From an uncultured Bacteroidota bacterium (lineage in GTDB: Bacteria; Bacteroidota; Bacteroidia; Bacteroidales; CG2-30-32-10), in NCBI GenBank assembly GCA_963831005.1, contig CAWHOW010000019.1, positions 250,000-313,999 on the forward strand: DNA of 64,000 nucleotides. The letters run 5' to 3'. Within the stretch, counting starts at the first letter, position 1. Every line of letters starts with the position of its first letter. The notes under the pieces are model-generated. The model did no database searches. It saw only the letters and a program-made list of their open reading frames with translations, and was not told the origin of the DNA. Positions 50,009-60,927 of the stretch are shown piece after piece. The translations under genes and the position numbers were made by a program.

Positions 50009-50677
50009 ATGAAAAAAATAACATTACTTTTTATAATAGTACCTCTTTCAATAATGAGTTTAACCGCTCAGATTTATATAGGGCCAACAGCAAGAGTAAC
50101 ATTTTCTACTGTTTCCCATTTAATAAACTCATCTTCAAATGTAAAAAGTCCTTCATACATTATACCTCCACTTATCGGAATGCAAGATGGTATTACAATT
50201 AACATTACAAATGGGAAAGCCTTTTCATTTCAATGCGGAGTATTATATATTCAGAAAGGATATATTATTGAAGCTAAATCTAACAAAAATGTTTTCTCTA
50301 AGTTTAATAAAAACTATGTTGAGGTACCTTTAATGTTTAAATTTTCATACGGTGGAAGTAAAGTAAAAGGATTCTTTGATTTTGGACCTTATACTAGTGT
50401 AGGATTAGATGGAAAATTCACACATAGAGATGACCCTAATGACCCAATAACAGAAGAAAGTGGGTCGTATCACCCTTTTGATATAGGGATTAGTTTTGGC
50501 GGTGGTGTTTCGTATTGTGTTGGCAAAGATAAATTAGTGTTGGATTTGCGGTTTGATTTAGGGTTTGTAAATCAAGACTTTGCTGACCCCCTTGCTAATA
50601 GAACAGCTGGAATTTCACTGACATATCTTTTTTATATAAAGGAACGTACCAAAATAAATAAAAGTGTTAAAAAATAA
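50009..50677 (+). CDS. Outer-membrane beta-barrel protein (OmpW/porin-like family)
   Basis: It has a signal peptide, alternating amphipathic beta-strands, and an aromatic C-terminal strand region. Confidence 0.6.
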   Translation: MKKITLLFIIVPLSIMSLTAQIYIGPTARVTFSTVSHLINSSSNVKSPSYIIPPLIGMQDGITINITNGKAFSFQCGVLYIQKGYIIEAKSNKNVFSKFNKNYVEVPLMFKFSYGGSKVKGFFDFGPYTSVGLDGKFTHRDDPNDPITEESGSYHPFDIGISFGGGVSYCVGKDKLVLDLRFDLGFVNQDFADPLANRTAGISLTYLFYIKERTKINKSVKK

Positions 50678-50753
50678 CTCCGAAGTCAACAAATTATAAA
50701 TTACTTCAAAACAATAACCAGTACTAAATAATCTCAAAATATAGCTATTCTTT

Positions 50754-51770
50754 TTAAACCACATTCACTTCCATTTCCAGTTCAATTGCAAACTTATCCA
50801 AAACGGATTTCTGTATTTTTTTTGCTAATTCCAGTACTTGTTTTCCTGTAGCATTTCCATAATTAACAAGCACCAGAGCTTGCTGGGCATGTACGCCTGC
50901 ATCGCCTTCTCTGTGTCCTTTCCATCCGCATTGTTCAATAAGCCAGCCTGCAGGAATCTTAAAAGTATTGTTAGCCTGTGCATAAGAAGGAATATTGGGA
51001 AACGCAGATTTCACTTTAGTAAAGTCTTCATTTTTTAAAGAAGGATTTTTAAAGAAACTGCCTGAATTTCCAATCTCTTTAGGGTCGGGTAATTTACAGC
51101 GGCGTATATCACTAACTGCTTTGGCTACATCCTGTATAGTGGGTTTCGAAATATTCTTGTCTTTCAGTTCCTGATTTAATGCGCCATATTCAAGGTTCAG
51201 CTTATGTATCTTATCCAGCTTAAATGTTCCCGAAACAATTATCACTTTACCTTTCAGTTCATTTTTAAAGATACTATTGCGGTAGCCAAACTTGCATTCA
51301 TCATTAGTAAGTTCGAACATTTGTAGGGTTTCAATATTCAGTATCTCTACAGATTCTATCACATCTTTCACTTCAACTCCATAGGCACCTATGTTTTGAA
51401 TAGGGCTGCTGCCAACTGTTCCTGGAATTAGGGCGAGGTTCTCTACGCCTCCAAGGTTATTATTTAGACAGAAGTTCACAAATTCATTCCACTCAACTCC
51501 AGCCTGAACACTAATATAAACATATTCATCAGTTTCTTTTATCTTCAGCATTTCTTTAGTGCTTATCTTGACTACTACACCATTGAAATCTTTAGTAAAT
51601 AAAATATTGCTGCCGCCACCAAGAATAAGTAAAGGTTCTCTTTTGTATTTAGCTGTATTCAGAAACAACTGTATGTCCTGCAGCGAGTGCATTTCTGCAA
51701 ATGTTGCTGCCATTGCTTCTAAACCAAAAGTATTATAGGTTTTTAAAGAAACGTTTTCAATTATGATCAT
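50754..51770 (-). CDS. murB: UDP-N-acetylenolpyruvoylglucosamine reductase
   Basis: It has the FAD-binding domain (LILGGGSNILF) and a MurB C-terminal domain ending ..ELEMEVNVV. Confidence 0.85.
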   Translation of the reverse strand: MIIIENVSLKTYNTFGLEAMAATFAEMHSLQDIQLFLNTAKYKREPLLILGGGSNILFTKDFNGVVVKISTKEMLKIKETDEYVYISVQAGVEWNEFVNFCLNNNLGGVENLALIPGTVGSSPIQNIGAYGVEVKDVIESVEILNIETLQMFELTNDECKFGYRNSIFKNELKGKVIIVSGTFKLDKIHKLNLEYGALNQELKDKNISKPTIQDVAKAVSDIRRCKLPDPKEIGNSGSFFKNPSLKNEDFTKVKSAFPNIPSYAQANNTFKIPAGWLIEQCGWKGHREGDAGVHAQQALVLVNYGNATGKQVLELAKKIQKSVLDKFAIELEMEVNVV

Positions 51771-51847
51771 ATTATGCTGATATATTTTGTAAAATTAATA
51801 GTTTTGTATGATAGATTGAAAGCTTATTCTACATAGAGTAATAAAAT

Positions 51848-51908
51848 ATTTCTTTCTTTTACCCCATCCCTTTCTCCCTTCCCCTACTGGTAGGGGAGGG
51901 GACGGGGT
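51848..51908 (+). other. C-rich / G-rich palindromic segment with a canonical G-quadruplex motif on the plus strand
   Basis: The sequence is accccatccctttctcccttcccctactggtaggggaggggacggggttagggt, giving four G3-4 tracts with 1-3-nt loops. It lies in the divergent promoter region between murB and a glycosyltransferase operon. Confidence 0.5.
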
Positions 51909-51948
51909 TAGGGTATAAAATAACAGTTCTGCACAATAAATTAATATT

Positions 51949-53064
51949 TTGAAAAGAGCCATAGTATCTGTTATAAGCGATTTGAGTACCGACAGACGTG
52001 TGCACAGAACCTGCACTACGCTTAACAAGCTTGGGTTTGATGTATTGCTTATAGGTCGAAGACGGAGAAAAAGCTTAGCTCTTGAACATCGTGATTATAA
52101 AACAAAGCGAATGTTCCTGCTTTTCGAAAAGGGCTTTCTGTTTTATGCCGAATACAATTTCCGCCTGTTCTTATCATTGTTATTTAAGCGATGCGACCTG
52201 CTTATTTCCAACGACCTTGATACATTGTTTCCCAATTATCTTATTAAAAAGCTAAGGGGAAAAGAACTTGTTTACGACAGTCATGAATATTTCACAGGTG
52301 TTCCCGAACTTGAAGGCAGAACTTTTGTGCGCAATACATGGAATCGGATTGAACGATGGATATTTCCGAAAGTAAAAGATATTATTACTGTCAACGACTC
52401 CATCGCAAAACTTTATAAGGATGAATATGGAAAAGAGTTGACTGTTGTCCGCAATATTCCTTCGCAGCAAAAGATGAATAGCCCAAAATCAAGAAAAGAG
52501 CTAGGAATAGCTGATACCAAAGCAATGATACTTCTGCAAGGCTCAGGTATAAATATTGACAGAGGCGCAGAGGAAGCTGTACTTGCAATGCAATATGTTG
52601 AAAATGCCGTTCTGTACATCATTGGAGATGGTGATGTGATTGATATATTAAAAAGCATGGTAAAAGAAAAACTTCTTGAACAGAAAGTGATATTCATTTC
52701 AAAACAGCCTATGGAAAAATTATTGCAATATACTGTTCATGCTGATATTGGACTAACTCTTGATAAGGATACAAATATCAACTATCGTTATAGCCTGCCA
52801 AATAAATTATTCGATTATATACTGGCAGGTGTTCCTGTTCTTGCATCACCATTAGTTGAAGTTGAAAAAATAATAAATCAACACTGTGTTGGTGAATTGA
52901 TAGAAAAACATGACCCACAACATATAGCAGATAAGCTTAATCAAATGCTGTCAGACAAAGTTAAGCTGGCTAATCTGAAAGAAAATTGTAATATTGCATC
53001 ACAGAAATTGAATTGGGAAACAGAAGAAATCAAACTGATCAATGTTTTCGAAAAATATCTTTAG
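51949..53064 (+). CDS. Glycosyltransferase (GT-B fold, group 1)
   Basis: The C-terminal half has the GT1/GT4 sugar-donor-binding pattern (..LLQGSG....RGAEEAV.AM..V..A.LYIIGDG....). Confidence 0.7.
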   Translation: MKRAIVSVISDLSTDRRVHRTCTTLNKLGFDVLLIGRRRRKSLALEHRDYKTKRMFLLFEKGFLFYAEYNFRLFLSLLFKRCDLLISNDLDTLFPNYLIKKLRGKELVYDSHEYFTGVPELEGRTFVRNTWNRIERWIFPKVKDIITVNDSIAKLYKDEYGKELTVVRNIPSQQKMNSPKSRKELGIADTKAMILLQGSGINIDRGAEEAVLAMQYVENAVLYIIGDGDVIDILKSMVKEKLLEQKVIFISKQPMEKLLQYTVHADIGLTLDKDTNINYRYSLPNKLFDYILAGVPVLASPLVEVEKIINQHCVGELIEKHDPQHIADKLNQMLSDKVKLANLKENCNIASQKLNWETEEIKLINVFEKYL

Positions 53065-54190
53065 CCAATCGAAGAAGGAAGTTGATATTGTTGCATTCGA
53101 TATTCCTTACCCTGCTAATTATGGCGGAGTGATTGATGTTTATTTTAAGATCAAAGCATTTAAAAATGCCGGTGTTAAAGTAAATCTTCATTGCTTTGAA
53201 TATGGCCGCAAGCAATCACCTGAACTGGAAAGTATTTGTGAAAAAGTATATTATTATAAAAGGGATATTTCAAAAACCAATCTGTTCAGGAAAAGGCCTT
53301 ATATAGTTGTTACACGCACTTCAGATGAATTGATAAATAATCTGATTAAGACAAACAATCCCATACTTTTTGAAGGACTGCATTGCTGTAATTATCTTGA
53401 TGATGAATTGTTTAATAACAGAAGAAAGATAGTAAGGACACATAACATCGAGCATGATTATTATCAAAACCTGGCAAAAGTTGAAAAAGATATTTTTAAA
53501 AGGTATTACTTCTCTAATGAAGCTCAAAAACTAAAAAGCTTTGAACAAATACTTGACCATGCTGATGGCATTGCTGCAATTTCATTGCATGATAAAGCAT
53601 ACTTTTCAGAGAGATTTATTAATGTTGAAGCTGTGTCGGCTTTTCATCCAAACGAAAAGGTGAATATTGAAAGCGGACTTGGAAAATATGTTCTGTATCA
53701 CGGCAGTCTTGCAGTAGGCGAAAACAATGAAGCAGGGCTTTTTCTTATCAATAATGTTTTCAATGATATTGATATTCCGTTCATTATTGCGGGCAATAAA
53801 CCATCAAAGGAATTACGCAATGCAGCTGAGAGAAATAAAAACATCATTGTTAAATCCGAAATCTCCACTTCCGAAATTTACAATCTTGTTGTCGGAGCGC
53901 AAATAAATATTTTGCCAACTTTTCAGTCCACCGGTGTTAAATTAAAGTTGCTGGCTGCTTTATATACCGGTCGCCACTGCATTGTAAACAATCCTATGGT
54001 TAAAGATACAGGATTAAGCGATATGTGTATTGTTAAAGATTCTGCTGAAGATATGAAGAAAGCAGTACAGGAATATTTTACCAAACCAGTTTCGACAGAG
54101 GAGATTGAAAAAAGGAAAAGCTTATTGGATGAAGGTATCTTTTCAAATACCTACAATATTAATCAATTGATGGAGATGCTGTTCTCCTGA
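53042..54190 (+). CDS. Glycosyltransferase family 1 (GT-B)
   Basis: It overlaps the upstream glycosyltransferase by 23 nt, consistent with an operon. It has a GT1-like C-terminal domain (..YHGSLAV.EN.EA..). Confidence 0.65.
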   Translation: MFSKNIFSQSKKEVDIVAFDIPYPANYGGVIDVYFKIKAFKNAGVKVNLHCFEYGRKQSPELESICEKVYYYKRDISKTNLFRKRPYIVVTRTSDELINNLIKTNNPILFEGLHCCNYLDDELFNNRRKIVRTHNIEHDYYQNLAKVEKDIFKRYYFSNEAQKLKSFEQILDHADGIAAISLHDKAYFSERFINVEAVSAFHPNEKVNIESGLGKYVLYHGSLAVGENNEAGLFLINNVFNDIDIPFIIAGNKPSKELRNAAERNKNIIVKSEISTSEIYNLVVGAQINILPTFQSTGVKLKLLAALYTGRHCIVNNPMVKDTGLSDMCIVKDSAEDMKKAVQEYFTKPVSTEEIEKRKSLLDEGIFSNTYNINQLMEMLFS

Positions 54191-54876
54191 AATATCCTGC
54201 GTGTATCCGATTCTTTTACACTGCCGCTTTCGCAAACCAATGTCCTTGCCGGAAATTTCTTAAATACTGAATAATCATGTGTGGCCATTAACACAGCCCT
54301 TCCTGATTTACTAATATCAAACAAAAGCTGCATAATATCTTCTGAAGTCTCGGGATCAAGATTACCTGTTGGTTCATCAGCAAGGATAATATCGGGATCA
54401 TTAATTAGGGCTCTGGCAATTACAACTCTTTGTTGTTCACCGCCTGATAACTGGTGGGGCATTTTATAACCTTTTCCAATCAGGCCAACTTTATTAAGAA
54501 CGTCATTCAGGCGCAAACTCATTTGTTCTTTGTCTTTCCAACCTGTTGCGTTCATTACAAACAGGAGGTTTTCATCAACAGACCTGTCAATCAATAACTG
54601 GAAATCCTGGAATACTATACCTATTTTCCTGCGCAGAAAAGGAATGTCTTTTTTCTTTATTGTCTTCAGATCAAAACCTGCAATATTTGCTTCCCCTTCA
54701 ACCACAGGGAGGTCGGCATAGAGCATTTTAAGCAAACTGCTTTTACCTGTTCCTGTTTTTCCAATCAGGTAAGCAAATTCCCCCTTATTAATAGAAAGAT
54801 TAACATTCGACAGTATTAGAATGTTCTTCTGATATACTGAGGCATTGCTGATTTCAATTATGGCTTCTTCCGGCAT
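54163..54876 (-). CDS. ftsE: Cell-division ABC-transporter ATP-binding protein FtsE
   Basis: It has Walker [13 protein letters not shown], the signature [15 protein letters not shown], and Walker [12 protein letters not shown]. No ftsX is adjacent. Confidence 0.8.
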   Translation of the reverse strand: MPEEAIIEISNASVYQKNILILSNVNLSINKGEFAYLIGKTGTGKSSLLKMLYADLPVVEGEANIAGFDLKTIKKKDIPFLRRKIGIVFQDFQLLIDRSVDENLLFVMNATGWKDKEQMSLRLNDVLNKVGLIGKGYKMPHQLSGGEQQRVVIARALINDPDIILADEPTGNLDPETSEDIMQLLFDISKSGRAVLMATHDYSVFKKFPARTLVCESGSVKESDTRRIFQENSISIN

Positions 54877-54912
54877 ATAGTTTTAATAGGCAGTCAAAAG
54901 TAAGAATTTTAT

Positions 54913-55119
54913 TTAAAAAGAAGGGAGTTTGAAAATTTTACCATAGGGTAATTCTTTTATCAATCTCTCAATCTCGGCTTTTTTCTCTGTCACCACATAT
55001 TGGTCAAGCCACGATGATTTATGATCAGCCCTGAAATAAGCAATCAATGTAAATTCTTCATCCCTGATCTGAATATATTCAGGAATTTTAGCTCCGCCTT
55101 TTATTTTTAATATGAACAT
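54913..55119 (-). CDS. Small hypothetical protein (68 aa)
   Basis: ORF only. It is compact, charged, and has a plausible position upstream of ftsE. Confidence 0.35.
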   Translation of the reverse strand: MFILKIKGGAKIPEYIQIRDEEFTLIAYFRADHKSSWLDQYVVTEKKAEIERLIKELPYGKIFKLPSF

Positions 55120-55203
55120 GAACAGAATTCTTTTGTGAACAAAAATAATAAAAAAGCCTTGCTGGAAATAGCAAGGCTTTAAAAACTTAGTTGCAATTCT
55201 TAA

Positions 55204-57234
55204 TTATTCTTTTATAAATTTCTTTAACTCTATGCCTTTTTCACTCTTCAATTCTACTATATACACTCCGTTTGAAAATTCGGAAATGTCAATAAGTGTT
55301 TTATTGTTATTTATAGCATTAGTTTTCATTAGCTGTCCGAGCGAATTATAGATTTCTACTTCGGAATTTTGGTTTGAGACATGTTGAAGTGAAAGTGTAA
55401 ATATTCCATTTCCGGGGTTTGGAGAAATTTGAATATTCCCATTAGAATCAAATTCTTTAATCCCTGTGCTTTCTGCATTGGCAACATTTGACATAGTTGA
55501 AATGAAAGTGCTTTTTATTTGTGAAAGTATGCATGCAGTTGGTTTTACTGCCGCAACCATATAATAAACAGTGCCCGCCGGCGGGGTTAAATCAGTATAG
55601 GAAGTTACACTACTTGCAACACTGTCTAATAAAGTGAGATTGCCTTCATTTGTTCCTCTGTAAATATTATATGTACTAAACGTAAATCCTAAATAATCAT
55701 TCCAAATCAAATTCCATTCTCCGCTCATACCTGCATTAATAGAAAGATGTATAGTTTGATGATAAGCGCTTTGGACAGAAGTATTGCCGCAGGTATCATT
55801 AATTGCTAACTCATACCTGTAGGATTGTTGTAATGAGTTTGAAGTTGAATCAATATATTCGCTTAAATTACTATAATTTTGAATGCCAATTAAATTATAA
55901 ATTCCTGCTACTGCTGATTCCCTGTAAATGTAATATTCATTAATAGCACCTGTAACAGGCTTTTCCCACATAACTACATTATGATTAGATGATGTATCAA
56001 CAGTAACGATACAAATGTCAGCAGGAAACGACGGGCTTGCAGAAATTGTTATGCTTGCAGTTGCTGTACATCCTCCTCCCGGAGCATTTACAGTAACCGT
56101 ATAAGCAGTGGTTGCTGTGGGGCTGACTGAAATTGATGGCCCTGTTTGCCCGGTACTCCATAAATATGAATATGAGCCTGAAGCTGTAATAATGGCAGTA
56201 TCGCCTGTACAGACAGATGAAACATTTGAAGACAAATTGAATACAGGTGGCGCTGTTATTATTGTTGATAAAGTATCTATAACACTGCTGGTATCTGTGC
56301 AAATACATGTAACAGTATCTCCTGATATGGGTGATAATAAAGTAATAGAACTTGTAGTATCACCAGTGTTCCATAAATAGGATGAGAAGCCTGATGGTGC
56401 AGTTACCTGAACAGAAGTTCCTAAACATTGTTGAACCAACTGATAAGAATTTGTACCACAATAACAAGAAATGTATGCATAACCAAAATGTCCTCCCAGT
56501 GTACAATCGTAAGCTGTAAATACTATAGTAATAGTTTGTCCTGCCCATGCCGAAAGATTTGTACTAACAGTTTGCCAATTACACCATACAACATCAGAAG
56601 TGTTGTCATCTGCAGCTGGATCGGGGGCATTCTGGAACCAACCGGGAAGTCCTGATTGTGCTATAACTATATTAGAATCAATAGCTGTGCCTAAAGCATT
56701 ATAAAAATATATAGTAAATTTAGGCATTTGAGTTACTGAATGAGATGACCCCGGATTTTGAAGAATTGCGGCATACTGATATGTGAAAACATAATTAGAA
56801 GCATTTATAAGGTAAGTATATTTTAATCGTGCAGCTGCAGGATATGATGTGCTTCCATCATCTTGTACCTGTTCATTCCCTAATCTGCATGAATACGCTC
56901 CGCCGGCAGGTAAAACATTTAACATATTTCCTGTATTAATGTCAGTGGCTGAGGTTGTCATTATTGTTTGTTGCCCGGGTGAAAGAGGAATGGCATTATC
57001 CGCTTGCGTAAATACACTGTCCACCTCTACAGTATATTCATTTCCTCCACTGCCGGTAGTGTTTTCTCCTACCGAACCTTTCCAGTTTGTAAAATTATCC
57101 AATGAGAAATCAGCATTTACACAATTGCTTTGTGCATAAATCCTGTTAAATCCGCCAATTGTAGCTGAAAACAGGATTACGATTGTAAATATTTTTTTCA
57201 TGATTTTATGTTTATTATTAATGTAGTCTTCCAA
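55204..57234 (-). CDS. Large secreted protein with a T9SS C-terminal sorting domain
   Basis: It has a signal peptide (MKKIFTIVILFSATIGG..AQS), Ig-like Thr/Ser-rich middle repeats, and a C-terminus ISPNPGNGIFTL..GVYIVELKSEKGIELKKFIKE. Confidence 0.75.
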   Translation of the reverse strand: MEDYINNKHKIMKKIFTIVILFSATIGGFNRIYAQSNCVNADFSLDNFTNWKGSVGENTTGSGGNEYTVEVDSVFTQADNAIPLSPGQQTIMTTSATDINTGNMLNVLPAGGAYSCRLGNEQVQDDGSTSYPAAARLKYTYLINASNYVFTYQYAAILQNPGSSHSVTQMPKFTIYFYNALGTAIDSNIVIAQSGLPGWFQNAPDPAADDNTSDVVWCNWQTVSTNLSAWAGQTITIVFTAYDCTLGGHFGYAYISCYCGTNSYQLVQQCLGTSVQVTAPSGFSSYLWNTGDTTSSITLLSPISGDTVTCICTDTSSVIDTLSTIITAPPVFNLSSNVSSVCTGDTAIITASGSYSYLWSTGQTGPSISVSPTATTAYTVTVNAPGGGCTATASITISASPSFPADICIVTVDTSSNHNVVMWEKPVTGAINEYYIYRESAVAGIYNLIGIQNYSNLSEYIDSTSNSLQQSYRYELAINDTCGNTSVQSAYHQTIHLSINAGMSGEWNLIWNDYLGFTFSTYNIYRGTNEGNLTLLDSVASSVTSYTDLTPPAGTVYYMVAAVKPTACILSQIKSTFISTMSNVANAESTGIKEFDSNGNIQISPNPGNGIFTLSLQHVSNQNSEVEIYNSLGQLMKTNAINNNKTLIDISEFSNGVYIVELKSEKGIELKKFIKE

Positions 57235-57450
57235 TTATCATTTCACAAATTATTGATTTTTATTTTCATATGTTTAAAATTATCTGATAAAGATACAATA
57301 TATTTTCATACGAAAGCAAATTTTATGATAGTTTTTTTTGCATAGTTGGATAAGTATTAAAACATTGCATTTGTTTCCAAAGCGTGATTTGAAAGCTAAT
57401 GGTTTGTTTTCTAAATTTATAGTAATTTTACATGTCCAAAACATTATTAG

Positions 57451-58678
57451 AATGACAACCCCTAAAGAAAGCCGTGATCTGATTGCTATTACAGGTTGTG
57501 GCTCTGTTTCCCCTCTTGGATTTGAAAGGGCAGGCATATATTCAAATTATCTTAACAACAGAATGTTCCTTGTGAACAAGGAATTTAATAGCAATACTTA
57601 TCCTGTGGGTATTTTATCCGAAGAAGCAGAAATGCAATTAAATTTTATCATTCTTGATAACCCCAAATGCAGGAATATTGACAAGACTGTACTGATGGCC
57701 ATGGTAGCAGCCAAACAGGCATTCTTTGAAGCCCGCTGGAAAACGGCACCGGGTGTTATTACAGGAGTTAATTTCGGTTCATCGCGAGGTTCCACAGCAT
57801 TGTATGAAAAAATGCATGAAGACTTTATTAATGATGAAACAAAAAAAACTTCGGTTTATACTTCACCGCTTACTACATTAGGGTATGTTTCAAACCAGGT
57901 AGCATCAAGCCTTAATCTTACCGGTCCTGTTATTAATACTTCAGTTACATGCAGCACTGGCATACAGGCGATATGCAATGCTATTGCATGGATAAGGTCG
58001 GGAATGGCAAGCCGCTTTATTGTGGGAGGAACAGAGGCTCCGCTTACTAAATTTACTATTGCCCAGGTTGAAGCACTGGGAATTTATACAAAAACATATA
58101 ACGACAAATATCCCTGTGCCCCTTTGTCTGCTGAAAGGAAAGGTGTAAACACCTTTGCTCTAGGAGAAGGGGCAGCAGCATTTGCCATTGAAAAAATGAA
58201 TATTACTGATTTCTCAGAACGTCCGCCAATGGCTATTATTGAATCAGTAGGTTTTTCATTTGAAAAACCGCCAACACTAACAGGTATAGCTGAGGACGGA
58301 TCATTAATTGCAGCTTCAATGAAAATGGCGATCGAACATATGCTTACTGAGTTTAATATTGATCTGATTTTAATGCATAGCCCCGGAACAGTGAAAGGAG
58401 ATGAAGCAGAAATGAACGCCATAAGAGAAGTTTTTAAAGGTAATATGCCTAATCTGTTTTCAAACAAATGGAAAATAGGCCATACTTATTCAGCATCTCC
58501 TGTTTTAAACCTTGAACTTGCTTTGCTTTGCCTTCAGAATAACTTTTCTCCTGTATTTCCTTATAAAACAGAAATAACAAACCGCCCGAGAAACATTCGT
58601 AAAGTAATGATCAATGCTACAGGCTTTGGGGGAAATGCTACATCAATCATAGTCTCTCTGCCTGATTTGCTTGCTTGA
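57451..58678 (+). CDS. Beta-ketoacyl-ACP synthase family protein (KAS I/II-like), not in a fab cluster
   Basis: It has the thiolase-fold active-site Cys region (VTCSTGIQAICNA) and conserved His blocks (IGHTYSASP; MHSPGT). It begins MTTPKESRDLIAITGCGSVSPLG. Confidence 0.7.
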
Positions 58679-58759
58679 AATCATTTTTCACATATTGGTT
58701 AATCTTAACTTTTATATTTTCCAGACATTTGCATCACTCTATTAATTACTGAATCCAAC

Positions 58760-60897
58760 ATGTCATTTAATCACATTGAAATTATTGCCAGGGAACTTGG
58801 AATTGCTGAAAAGCAAGTTGAGAATACCGTTGCTTTGCTCGACAGCGGCGCCACTATCCCTTTTATTGCTCGTTACCGCAAAGAAGCTACAGGTTGCCTT
58901 GACGAAGTACAGATCATGCAAATACGCGACAGGTATGAGCAACTGAAAGAAATTGATAAACGAAGAACGAGTATCATTGAATCCCTTAAAGAACAGGAAA
59001 AACTTACTTCTGAACTTGAACAACATTTGAATGCCGCTACCTCTCTTTCCGAACTTGAAGACATTTATCTTCCTTATCGCCCTAAACGTAAAACACGCGC
59101 TACAGTGGCTGTTGCAAAAGGACTTGAACCATCTGGCAAAACTTATCATGTTGCAGGGAAATGAAGATATACATGCAAAAGCTACTGAATTCATCAATGA
59201 AGAAAAAGGCGTTATTAGCAGAAGAAGATGCCATGGCAGGTGCACGTGATATTATTGCCGAATGGGTGAATGAGAACCAGCAAGCCAGGCAGCGATTGCG
59301 CAATCTTTATGAAAGGGAAGGTTCTATACGTTCAAAGGTTGCTAAAGGGAAAGAGACAGAAGGCGATAATTACAAAAGCTATTTTGAATTTGAAGAGAAA
59401 TTACAGAGTTCACCTTCGCACAGGTTACTTGCCATGTTCAGGGGTGAAAACGAAGGTTTCCTGAAAGTTTCAATAGCCCCGCCCGAAGATAAAGCTATCA
59501 GGATATTAGAGAATATTTTTATTACTGCCAATAATGAATGTTCCAAACAGATAGCAATTGCAATTAAAGATAGTTATAAACGATTGCTGGGGCCATCGAT
59601 GGAAACAGAGATGAGGCAGGTTTTCAAGGAAAAAGCCGACCAGGAAGCAATAAGAGTATTTGCGGAAAACCTGAGACAATTATTGCTTGCACCTCCTTTA
59701 GGACAAAAGAGCGTTCTTGCTATTGATCCTGGATTCAGGACTGGTTGTAAAGTGGTTTGCCTGGATAAACAAGGTAAACTTTTGCATAATGAAACCATAT
59801 ATCCGCATCCTCCCGAGAATGAAGTAAAGCAATCTGCAAATAAGATACAAAGCCTTGTCAATGCATACAAAATAGATGTGATTGCTATAGGCAACGGAAC
59901 AGCCGGAAGAGAGACGGAACGCTTTATTAAGAGCATTCGCTTCGAAAAAGATGTTATGGCATTAGTTGTGAACGAAAGCGGTGCTTCTGTTTATTCTGCT
60001 TCAGCCGTGGCAAGGGAAGAATTTCCCGAATATGATATTACTGTTCGCGGCGCTGTTTCTATTGGAAGAAGATTGACAGACCCTCTTGCAGAACTTGTTA
60101 AGATTGACCCTAAATCAATAGGAGTGGGGCAATACCAGCATGATGTGGATCAGAATGAACTTCAGAAAAGCCTGCAGGATATAGTGGTCAGTTGTGTGAA
60201 TGCAGTGGGAGTGGAGGTAAATACTGCAAGCAAGCAGTTGTTAACCTATGTTTCGGGCGTGGGGCCTGCTTTGGCGCAGAATATAATTGATTATCGTAAC
60301 AAAAATGGCGCTTTTAATTCCCGCAGTGAGTTTAAAAAGGTCACTCGTTTTGGGGATAAAGCATTTGAGCAGGCTGCCGGCTTCATGCGTATTTATAATG
60401 CCGAAAATGTGCTGGATAAAAGTGCTGTGCATCCCGAAAGCTATCATGTTGTTTACAAGATGGTAGAACAACTAAAATGTACACTGAATGATCTTGTTGA
60501 AAAAGAAGAGCTCCGCAAACAAATTAAACTGGAAGAGTATGTGAACGATAAAACAGGTTTACCTACCTTGCAGGATATCATGGCTGAACTTGCCAAGCCG
60601 GGACGCGACCCACGTAAGAAATTTGATTTCTTTGAGTTTGATAAAGATGTGCATAGCGTGAAAGACCTTAAACCGGGGATGATTTTGCCGGGTATTATTA
60701 CCAATATTACCGCTTTTGGCGCATTTGTGGATATAGGTGTTCACCAGGACGGACTTGTGCATATTAGCCAGCTTGCCAACCAGTTTGTTAAGGATCCGAA
60801 TACAGTGGTGAAACTTAACCAAAAGATAAAGGTTAAAGTGCTTGATGTAGATGTTGACCGTAAACGCATTTCTCTTTCGATGAAGGATGCAGAATGA
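58760..60897 (+). CDS. tex: Transcription accessory protein Tex (YqgF/RuvC-like, HhH and S1 domains). The reading frame is broken twice between about 59130 and 59220.
   Basis: The N-terminus is ORF 58760..59164 (..IPFIARYRKE..), the bridging piece is ORF 59031..59249 (GLEPLAKLIMLQGNED), and the remainder is ORF 59161..60897 (YqgF ..AIDPGFRTGCKV.., HhH, and the C-terminal S1 GIITNITAFGAFVDIGVHQDGLVHIS). The three pieces sit in three different frames. Confidence 0.8.
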
Positions 60898-60927
60898 TAA
60901 ATATCAGAGATTTTATTATTTGCATCA

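Noticed and set aside
57338-57450. Extended N-terminus of the KAS gene (ORF track start 57338)
   Set aside because: The extension (MHSWISIKTLHLFPKRDLKANG..) lacks homology and overlaps the promoter-like AT-rich region. The start was placed at MTTPKESRDLIAITGCG (57451).
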